A stretch of DNA of 59,832 bases, counting the filler, from Fonticula-like sp. SCN 57-25 (Eukaryota), in NCBI GenBank assembly GCA_001724245.1. It is 9 parts of 9 records of this genome, joined end to end, with 100 filler letters (N's around TTAATTAATTAA, not from the genome) between each part and the next. Parts side by side here need not be neighbours in the genome. Positions count along the whole stretch, not along the records: positions 6,719 to 13,300 come from MEDX01000432.1; positions 13,401 to 19,980 come from MEDX01000433.1; positions 20,081 to 26,659 come from MEDX01000434.1; 6 more parts are not named here. One strand, written 5' to 3'. A program made the position numbers and the translations under genes. Below are positions 12,884 through 22,346 of this stretch, piece after piece; positions within the stretch are counted from its first letter, which is position 1, and the number at the start of each line of letters is the position of its first letter. The notes below the pieces were generated by a model. It made no database searches. It was not told where the DNA came from and saw only the letters and a list, made by a program, of their open reading frames with translations.

Positions 12884-13300
12884 CTGTTTGAAGTGCGGTT
12901 GTTCGAATACGATGCGCATGTATTTGATAAATATGCTGCCATTTTTCAATGTACACCTTGCGTCATATCAAAATAGTTTGACCTGTATAACATTACGAAC
13001 GTTTCTTGTGCGTTTCCTCTGCCCTGCAGCCGTCTCGGGCTGCTATCGGCGCGCATCGTCGCCCTGCTCCTGAAATCGTCTCAACGCACCAACGATTTTG
13101 TTTTGGATCTGTTTCTATTGATATGCCGCCAAATCCAATGTTGAGACGAAATCTGCCACATTCTTGTGAGATGCCTGCCACAGTATTGTGGTCGTTTTTT
13201 TGCTCGATCATACCCAACAGCGGTTCCCCTCGCCCATCTCGCAGAGTGTGTGTGTGATTCTGCATTGTGTAGCAACGGAAATGGCCGCGCCCAAGGAGCC

Positions 13301-13400
13301 NNNNNNNNNNNNNNNNNNNNNNNNNNNNNNNNNNNNNNNNNNNNTTAATTAATTAANNNNNNNNNNNNNNNNNNNNNNNNNNNNNNNNNNNNNNNNNNNN
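13301..13400. other. artificial contig spacer
   Basis: N run, TTAATTAATTAA, N run. Confidence 0.99.
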
Positions 13401-13651
13401 TGGTTGGGATCCACCACACTCAAGACTGCTTATAGATAGAAAGGCGGGAAAAACGACTCGGGCCGCGCGCCAATGGGTCGTGCACTGCAAGTCCCATTCA
13501 GCGGCGGAAGAGAGATATATGTGGCGGCAGCGTGCGGCGAGGCGAGCCAGGCCGTGACGCAATGAAAAAAGGAAAAAAAGTAAATATCAAGGGAAATATC
13601 CCCTGAATCCTAGCGGACTGTCAGATATCGTGTACTTGCAAATCACCTCTA

Positions 13652-16600
13652 CTAGGCAGACGCGCGGACGGCGCGGTGCACGACGAGCGGCAGGTTCGGC
13701 AGCGCCTCAAAGAGCACCGCCAGCGCGCCCGGAACAAACATGGTCAAGTCCCAGAAAGGCGCCCACGTGGGCCCGTCGGAGTCGCGCGAGACCGCCGCGG
13801 CGGCCACGAACGCGTCGCGCACCGCAGGGTCGATCGCCATCGCCTTGTCGGCGAGCGCCGTCGCACAGCGGAGAATGCCGAGCGGGTCGGTGCCAATGTC
13901 GGCGGGCAGGCCGAGCGAGCCAATCAGATCGTCGAACGCGACAGTCGGGACGGCGGCCGCGACGGCGGCGGTCCAATCGCCGTCGACGCCGTCGACGCCC
14001 TCCTTGAGCGCGGCGCGGATCGCGTCCTGGCGGTCGGCGGGCAGCCACAGGGCAGCGTTGAACGCATCCATGGTCCCCTGCGCAGAGCAGAAGAACGGGT
14101 GCGCGAGAACGTCGGCGAGCGACGGCCGCTTTTCCGGGTCGCGTGCAATCATGGCGCAGACGAGGTCCTGCGCGAGCGGCATTGCGCAGAGGCGCGACAG
14201 GTCGTGCAGGCCGTCCATGATGTTTGCCTCGCGCTTGAGCTTGCCGCCCGTCTCGAACGGGTGGAAGCCGCCAGTGAGGATGTAGTACGCGAGGCAGCCC
14301 GCGGCAAACACGTCCACCTTGACCGTCTTGCGCTCGCCGGCGAGCACTTCGGGCGCAAAGTAGCCGCCGAGGCCGGACGGGACGGCGCCAGTGTTGTCGC
14401 CGCTGCGGAAGGAGAAAGAGTGCTGGCCGTCGGAGAGGGCAAGGGCGAGGCCCATGTCGGCGATCTTGACCTTGTAGTCGGCGGTCAGGAGGACATTGCC
14501 GGGCTTGAGGTCGTTGTGCACAATGCTGTTCTCGTGGAGGAACTGGACGCCGAGCAGGACAGAGCGAAGCAGCTCGCGGGAAGGCGCGCGCGGAAGCCAA
14601 ATGACCGTCTCGTAAAGCGGGCCGGCAAACTGCTGCAGCTTGGCGTCGTCCATGCCGGCGATGCCGGGGCAGCTGTAGTACATGCGCAGCTGCGACAGCT
14701 GCGAGCGGCACTGGTGCACGAGCTTTTGCAGCGTGAGGTGCATGCGCTCCATCGCAAGGAAGCAAAAGTCTTCATTCTCCTCCTTGCCATAGTAGCGCAC
14801 AACGTGCTCGCTGCCCGACTTGCCGGTATCGTCCGCGTCGAGCATCGACAGCAGCAGCTTGATCTCGGCGTCGATCGCCGACGACGTCTCCATCTTTGGG
14901 ATGCGCTTGATGGCAGCGGGGACGCCGCCGTAAAAGCCCTCGTAGACGAGTGTGCCGTGGCTGCCGCTGCCGAGACGCACGCTCTTGTTGTACGTGATCT
15001 TGCCAATGCTCGTGATGCGGCGGTCCTGCGACATCTGCGCCGAGGCGGGCGTCGCGCCGGCCGCCTTCTTGGGCTTGCGGGCGGCGCCGGGCGGGGGGCC
15101 CTGCTGCTGCTGCATCATCATCATCGGCTGCGACTGCACCGGCGACGGCTGCATGTGCATCATGCCGCCGACGAGGCCGCCAGGGACGGACCCGGCAGCG
15201 ATGGCTGCAGCAATGGCCGCGGGGCTTGGCAGCATCGACGGCGGCGGTGCGACAGACAGGTCCATGAGCGGCGCCGCCACAGCCGCCGCGCCCGTGGTGA
15301 GGTTGGCCATGCGCATGGCGAGGACGTTGTCCGGGATGGTGCGCGAGAGGCTCTCGATGACGCGCGCGACCTTGTCGAGGCGCTGCATGCGCGCGAGGTC
15401 GGCCGCGGTCTTGCCGTTGACGGTGCGCAGGTGCGGGTTGGCGTTGTACTGCATGAGCAGCTCAATGACGTTGATGCGGCCGCCCGTCGCGGCGAGCATG
15501 AGCGCCGTGGCGCCGTTGGACACGCCCGCAATGTTGGGGTTGGCGCCGTGCGACAGCAGCAGCGACGCGCTTGCGTAGAGGCCGCGGCCGGCGGCAAACA
15601 TGAGCGCAGTCCAGCCGTTCTCGTCGCGCGCGTTGAGAATGTAGGAAATGTCGACGACATGGCGGCGCGCCTCCTGGATGAGCAGGAGGATGCAGTCCTC
15701 GCGGCCGTTCATGGCGGCGGCCAGGAGCGGCGTGACGGGGCGGAACGCCGACGGCTTGTCGAGCGAGGCGCCGTGCGCGAGCAGCATCGCGACAATACCG
15801 ACGGCGCCCATGCTGCACGCGACGAGCAGCGGCGAGCCCGACCGCATCGAGTCGACATTGACGGCCGCGCGGCGCGACAGCAGCACGCGAACAACGTCCT
15901 CGCGCGCGGTGCGGCACGCGTAGATGAGCGCGCTCTCGCCATTGTTATCCTGCGCGTTGACGTCGGCACCGCCAACGTCAATGAGCCACTCGACGACGGC
16001 GCGGCGGCCGTTCTCTGCCGCCTGCATCAGCGCGGTCGCGCCCTGCGGGTCGCGGCACATGTTGGCGCTAACGCCCCAGCCAATAAGGAGCGACACGACG
16101 CTCAGGTGACCGTGCGATGCCGCCACGTGCACGGCGGGCGTGGGCGTGCCGAGCTTTTCGAGCGGCGTCGCGTAGGCAAGCATGTTTGGCGTGTGCGGCA
16201 TCATGACGCCGAGCTGCACCTTGGCGGCAGCGGCGAGCGCCTCGCAGAGGGCGGGCTTGCCGCGCGCCGCGGCGTACGTCAGCGCGGTGCAGTCGTCAGA
16301 CGACACGGCGCGAACGTCGGCGCCGCGCGCGAGCAGCATGCGAAAGGCCAGCTCGCTGCCCGTGTTGGCCGCGTACATGAGCGACGTTTCCTGCTTCCAG
16401 TTGCGCGCATTCACGTCAACGCCAGCGTCGAGCAGCACCTGCACTACAGCGTCCTGGCCGCCAATCGTCGCCATCATGAGCGGCGTAAAGCCGTCGGAAG
16501 GGTTCTGGTAGTCACCCTTGGCGCCGGCGTCGAGCAGCGCGCGCGTCGTGATCGGGTTGCACGAGACGACGGCGTACTGCAGCGCAGACATGCCCATCTT

Positions 16601-17228
16601 GTCGCGCGCGTTCACGTCGGCGCCGTGCTCGACAAGGTACGAAACGACGGGCGCGTGCGAGTTGACCAGCGCCGCCATCAGAGGGGTGCGGCCGTACGCG
16701 TCGCTGCGGTTGACAACGGAAGACGACGGGCGGCGGGTAAAGATCGACTCCATGCCAAAGGGGGTGGAGAACAGGGAGCCGTTCGGCGTGTCCTCGGAAG
16801 GCTGCTGGCCGACAAGGGCATCCACGGCGTGGAGGTCGCCGCGCGCGCACGCCTCAAAGAGAGGGTCACCGGTAAAGTCGATCGACATGACGCCTTGACC
16901 GGCGACGATCGAGCGGAAGCCAGCGGCATCGGTGGACGATGGCGAAAATAGCTCCGCATCAGAGGCGTACTGGTGCTCGTCCGCCTCCAAAAATTGCTCA
17001 GAATCGCTCTGCTCGTTAGACGAGGGATCTACAGGCAGAAAAAGGTCAGCAAAAGAGAGTAAAAGATTCGGCTCGAATCGTACCTGACTGGCGGCGGCCG
17101 ACGCCGATAGGGGGCGGCCGCGGCGCATCGAGAGGGGACGAGCCAAAAAGGAACGGAACCTCGGTCGGGTCCGGCGGCGACGAGCTCATCCGCGGAAAGG
17201 ACTGACTGGGAGGAGGCATTGTGTACAT
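13652..17228 (-). CDS. ankyrin-repeat IRE1-family kinase with degenerate C-terminal KEN-like domain (RNase L-like architecture)
   Basis: About 14 ANK repeats; kinase LGSGSHGTLVYEG, AAIKR, HVVRYYG, HNDLKPGN, DMG, GQHSFSFRSG, FAPE, HPFF; ATG at 17228 with one intron near 17030-17083. Confidence 0.9.
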
Positions 17229-17893
17229 TGTGATGTAGCAAACGAAAGCGAAAGAAGAAGGGGGCCGGTCGTCAGGCGCTTAATGATCAAGCGGCTTTAA
17301 ACTCAACGGGCCTGTAGAGCAAAACGCGCGTCAGAAAAAATGAAAATAAAAGAGGTAACATGCAACTTGAAAACGAATTTATAGAAAATATTTGCGCGGC
17401 AGCATGCTCGCGTTGAGCGCATGCCGCGAGCATGGCCACTTTAGCGCGCAATCGCTGACCGCCACCTACCCTGCAGACAAATCTCCTACGCCCAAGAGAC
17501 GCACCTTTCAAGTTTCGGGGATCCGATGCTACAATCGCAGTCGCGCCAGAGCGGCGCGCACGCGGGTATACTGCAGCGGGCGCCAGGAAAGAGATCCCAC
17601 GGACGGGGAACTGTCTCGGCCTGTTGCAAGGTGGGTGCAGCAAAAGAACTTCTCTACTCGAAACCGAATCGGCCCGCAAGCATCGCTATCGCGTCGGCTT
17701 CAAGCGTACTCTTGCCTGATCCGGATCCAAAGTTCCTGATTGGCCTTCGGCGACTTTGGTATGTCCACGTGGTTATCGGGGTTGCGTTAATCAACGGGTA
17801 CGTGGCCATATATTGATAACCACGTGGGGGTACACGAGATTTTCATCGATAAAGATGATCGGAACAGAGTCTGGGGTGGACAAAAATCAGGAC

Positions 17894-19980
17894 TTAGGCC
17901 CGCCGAGAGGGCGGCTGCGGCTGCCACACATTAACATCTTCGTCGGCGTCATCTTCGGCGTCCACAATAGCGCGCGCTAGCGACTCGCCCACAGAAAAGG
18001 CAGCGGCTTCGCTTGGCAATGAAGCCGACCAGAGGCTGCCGCCCAGGCTGCTGCCCGTCCACGACGACCACCCGTCGCGCTCGACAGGCGGGGCCGACGA
18101 GGCCGACCATATCTGTGACGAGGCGGCCGGCGCGCTCCCAATAGTAGAAAAGGACCACGACGAGGCGCCGGGAAGGCCGCCGGAAAAGATGCCAAACTCA
18201 GAGTAGGACGGCGTGGGCGCGGCAGAGGCCTGTTGTGGAAGCTGCTCCGGCGCGAGCGCGGCCGCCGACAGCACCGGCGCGACCACTGGCGCGACCACTG
18301 GGATCGAGGCGCTGCCGTACATTGGAGGGCGATAGCCGGTCGCCGTGTTGAGCGCGGGGCGCACAAAGGGAAAGGCAGGGCCGGTTGTAGGCGGCGGGGC
18401 GGGCCGCGCGGCAAAGGCGCCTGACGATGGCGGTGGCCGCGACATCAGCGAAGGCCGCACAGATGGCCGCACGGGGGCCTCTACAAAGGCGGGCGCGGCG
18501 GCGGGCATCTGCACGGGAAGAGCTGCTGGTGGTGCAAAAGATGGCGCCTGCTGCTGGATCGGCGGCTGAAACGGCTGCTGACTCGGCAAAGCGGCGGGGA
18601 TGGGAGCGGGTTGCGCGTCGGCCTGCGATGCGCTCGCCGCTTCCGCCGCCTGGCGCCGACGCCGACGCCGCGCCTTGCTGTCCAATACCTCACCATCATT
18701 CTCGGTAGGCGGCGTGGGCGCAGCAGCGGGTGCAGCGGCGGGAACCGTCGCCTTTTTGGCCGGCGCAGCCGCCGACTTTTGCAATGAAGCCTGCTGCTGT
18801 TGCTTCTTGGCAAGTGCCTGGCGCTCCGCAGCTTCCTGCTTTTGCCGCTCGACCTCTTGCCGTTGCCGCTCGGCCTCCTGCTTTTGCCGCTCGGCCTCCT
18901 GCTTTTGCCGCTCGGCCTCCTGCTTTTGCCGCTCGGCCTCCAGCTTTTGACGTTCGGCCTCTTTCCGCGCCTTGGCCGCCTCGGCCGCCTTGAAGAGCGC
19001 CTCTTCCTCTGCGCGCCGCTTCATCTCAGCCATTTCAAGCCTCTTTTGCCTCGCCTCGTCCTCTGCCTTGCGCTTGAGCTGCTCAGCCTCTTCCTGCTTC
19101 CGCTTCTCCTCCTCCTTTTGCTTGGCCTCCTGCTCGCGCTTCTGCTGCAAGGCGAGGCGCTTTCGCTCATTCTTGTCCTGCTTCCTCTGCTTCTTGTCGC
19201 GCTCCTGTCGCTCCTTTTCCTCCTCCTCTTCGATCAGAGCGCGCTGACGAGCCTCGGCGATCGCCGTCCTGTACGCGGCCATGACGCGCCCCTCAAACAT
19301 CATGGCCGCCAGCGACTGGAACATGCGGCGGCCTTCTTCCAGCTGCATCTCCTCTGCCCGCTCGTCCTCGTCCTGATCGTCGATCGCGTCGTCCTCCTCA
19401 TTATAATCCTCGTACTCGTCCTCGTCAATCTGGTCGCGCTGCCGCTGAGAGGCTAGCTGGTCCATCAGCTCCATAAAGCGGTGCCCATCGTTTCGAAGAA
19501 GATCGTCTGCAACGGTGAGAACGCCGCCTCGGACGGTGAAATTGCTCGTTAAAAGTGCGTCGGCGCCGTCGTCGGCCGAGTACGGGAAGAGCGACCGCGC
19601 GCTCGAGCCGGCGTCGGCAGACGCCTCCACTTGGTCATTGTAGTGGTCAAACAAGCTCTCAAGCTCCTCTTCTACCAAAATTCTATAAATATAGGGTTAG
19701 ACAGTGCATCCAATTGCGCGCGCCGTTCGTACCGCTGCGAGCCGCACTCGGCGCAGGTGCACCCAAACTTTTTCTGCTCGCGCATCTTGCGAAAAATGGC
19801 GTCCTTTTCGATGCGCAGCAACGACCGCCGCTCGCTCTCCTGCAACGACTGCCAAAACTCTTCTAGCCGCGTGCGGTCAACATTGTCCACATCCTCCTTC
19901 CAAATGTCCACCTTGCTCGAGCGGCCCTTGCTCTTTTCGCGCGAGGACGCGGCCGGCTGCGCGCTAACCGGCGCCGACAG
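17894..19980 (-). CDS. NST1: stress response protein Nst1 (5' partial)
   Basis: [77 protein letters not shown]; long charged coiled coil. Confidence 0.9.
18830..18958 (-). repeat. 21-bp coding tandem repeat (QKQEAER)n in Nst1
   Basis: gcttttgccgctcggcctcct repeated. Confidence 0.85.
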
Positions 19981-20080
19981 NNNNNNNNNNNNNNNNNNNN
20001 NNNNNNNNNNNNNNNNNNNNNNNNTTAATTAATTAANNNNNNNNNNNNNNNNNNNNNNNNNNNNNNNNNNNNNNNNNNNN
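19981..20080. other. artificial contig spacer
   Basis: N run, TTAATTAATTAA, N run. Confidence 0.99.
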
Positions 20081-20137
20081 TTTTTTCGTCGTACTTTTGG
20101 CGTCTTTTTCGCTGATCCCCTTTTCTTTCGTCTCTAG

Positions 20138-20860
20138 AGCGCCAGTTCCAGCAGATGTTCACGTCGCGCGGCTACGACATTGATGTCGACAACGTCGCCA
20201 TTGGTGGCACCACTGCCGAGTACTGGGCGCGCAACCCCAACTCTCTCCTGAACCGCGTGAACGACAACCCCGACGCCCAGTGGGTCTGGCTCTCGATTGG
20301 CGGCAACGATGGCATCTATGGCCTCAGCGCCGGCGAGGACATTGAGGTCGTGATCGCCCGCACCATCAACAACACCCGCACCTTCCTTGACCCCCTCTTT
20401 GCCGCGCACCCCAACATCCAGGTCGTCCAGTTCGGCTACGACATTGTTGACTTTGGCCACTCGAACTCGTGCCGCGATCTCGGCAACGATCTCTTCCCGT
20501 GGTGCGAGGGCGACACTGCTTGCCAGAACAACGAGATGTTTGCCCTTCAGTTTGACTATGTCGACGTACGTTTATTTATTTGTTTCTTTGCATTCTTATA
20601 TGCTTTTACTGACACAATTCTGCGTGCAGGAGCTCTCCAAGTACTACGACAACCACATTGCCCTCAACGTGCTCGGCACTCTCCAGGCCGCCAAGCCCGA
20701 GGAGGTCCCCGCGCCGTACCCGAACGTCGACTACAACTCGCCCAAGAGCCTCATGAGCGACTGCATCCACCCCAACGACGAGGGCTTCACCATCATCTTT
20801 GACGAGATGTGGGAGCAGTACTGGGCGGGCCAGATCAACAAGCTCCGCCGCTTCAAGTAG
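20138..20860 (+). CDS. SGNH/GDSL hydrolase (5' partial)
   Basis: NVAIGG (block II), LSIGGND (block III), DCIHP (block V); one internal intron; stop TAG at 20860. Confidence 0.85.
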
Positions 20861-21250
20861 AGAGGTGTCGCAGACATCCGGGCAAGGCGCTCGCTGGCCA
20901 GCCAGCTCTGCCGCCGCCCCGTTGATATTACAATATACGTGAATTTGCAGTGCTGAGCATGACGTTTATTTTTCACAATTATATATAATTCTTGCGCGCT
21001 CATGAGAGAGGGCGGCATCATGCACAAACGATCCACAAGAAAGCAACACACACAAATACAGATAGCCGACGAAATGGTTTTTGTTATAAATACATAGCGA
21101 ACGCAGAGCACGAGGCTCTGCCACAGGCACGAAAAGCACGAAAAGCATAAAAGGGGGACAAAGAGGCAACGCGAAAACAAAATAGGCGATTTTTAGATCG
21201 GCTTGCTGCTACCACTACTACGACTCTTTCATCGATCGTCCTCGACACGG

Positions 21251-21430
21251 CTACTCGTCGTCGCCATCGTCCTCCACCGACACAAACAGCACGGCAGAGC
21301 GCTTCTTGGCAAACGCGTTGAGCTTGACGAGCTCCTGCGGCGGGAAACCGCCAGCAGTGCTGGGCTCAAACTCGAGGTAGTAGCCGTTCTTGAAGCACAC
21401 ACACGCGCGGCAGTAGACAGGGCGGGCCAT
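21251..21430 (-). CDS. 59-aa microprotein with N-terminal CxxCxC motif and acidic tail
   Basis: MARPVYCRACVCFKNGYYLEFEPSTAGGFPPQELVKLNAFAKKRSAVLFVSVEDDGDDE*; GC3-biased codons like the neighbouring genes, GCAATGG start context, two consensus introns upstream, AATAAA near 20966. Confidence 0.7.
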   Translation of the reverse strand: MARPVYCRACVCFKNGYYLEFEPSTAGGFPPQELVKLNAFAKKRSAVLFVSVEDDGDDE

Positions 21431-22346
21431 TGCTGATCCTCAAACTCGTGCTGACACGTGAAGCAAGGACTATGAACAGTGTGTTAGCCATCGTCGCGGG
21501 ATCTGCGCTCGCGGACGTACGCAAAGCTGCGGGGGACGGAGAAGGCGACGCTTGGCAAGAGGCGCTGCGTCGAGGATCGAGGGAAGGGTAGAGGGACGTT
21601 GGTCGCAAAGCCGGTCGCCCGCGATGTTCCGCCTCTGGTAAGCTCGGCCGATCTGCCTTGAGGATCACCTGCGCTTCAGCAAGGGATACAGTCGCAAAAG
21701 AGGAGAAGGCGTTGGGCGAAAAGAGAAAGGGGCAGCTGTCGGTTGAGATGTCGAGCACGGGGAGACAAGGCAACTACAGGTATACAATGATCACCCTGGC
21801 TTTTACCTCAACGGAAAGGAAACGTGCGCGCCAAAATGTTGCGGAACGCACGATTAGGGGGGATGGATCGTCCACCCCCCGCTTGATTGTTCTTTCGATC
21901 CGGGGCAAAATTTGTGATCCAGGTAGGACACCACCGAAAGTTGTTTGACGTGTGGTAGATTCAACTGCTCCCATTGGACAATCGCGGTCAAAAAGGGGCC
22001 AACTTTTCGGTGGCCGATGGCGTTGCCAGGTCACGATTGTGGCGGGAACATCAAAATTGCCGCGTTTCTCCGTACTACCAATAGCAACATTTTCATAATT
22101 CGACGCAGGCGTGAACGCAGGCGTGAACGCAAGCGGCTTTTAACTGAGCCCTATTAACTGTGAATAATTTTCCGGTTTGGAAGCCCGCCCTGGAAGAGTC
22201 CCACTTTCATGGCTTCCTCCATGATACTAAGCTCGTCATCTCGGTGACTCCTCTATTCTGATTGGATGACACAGTTTTGCAAATTTTCCTTTTCAATCGC
22301 AGATTGACTCATCACAAACACGGGGGACTGTGGGTTTGTCGTCAGG

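Noticed and set aside
13676-16951. 1091-aa plus-strand ORF (also 50675-52492, 53677-54750, 23685-24587)
   Set aside because: Antisense shadow frames of GC3-rich genes; no protein-like motifs
17403-17435. 10-bp inverted repeat CATGCTCGCG/CGCGAGCATG
   Set aside because: Short GC-rich intergenic repeat with no recognisable RNA-family features
21431-21445. In-frame TGA upstream of the CxxC microprotein as possible selenocysteine
   Set aside because: No upstream start in that frame and no SECIS-like element recognisable in the 3' UTR
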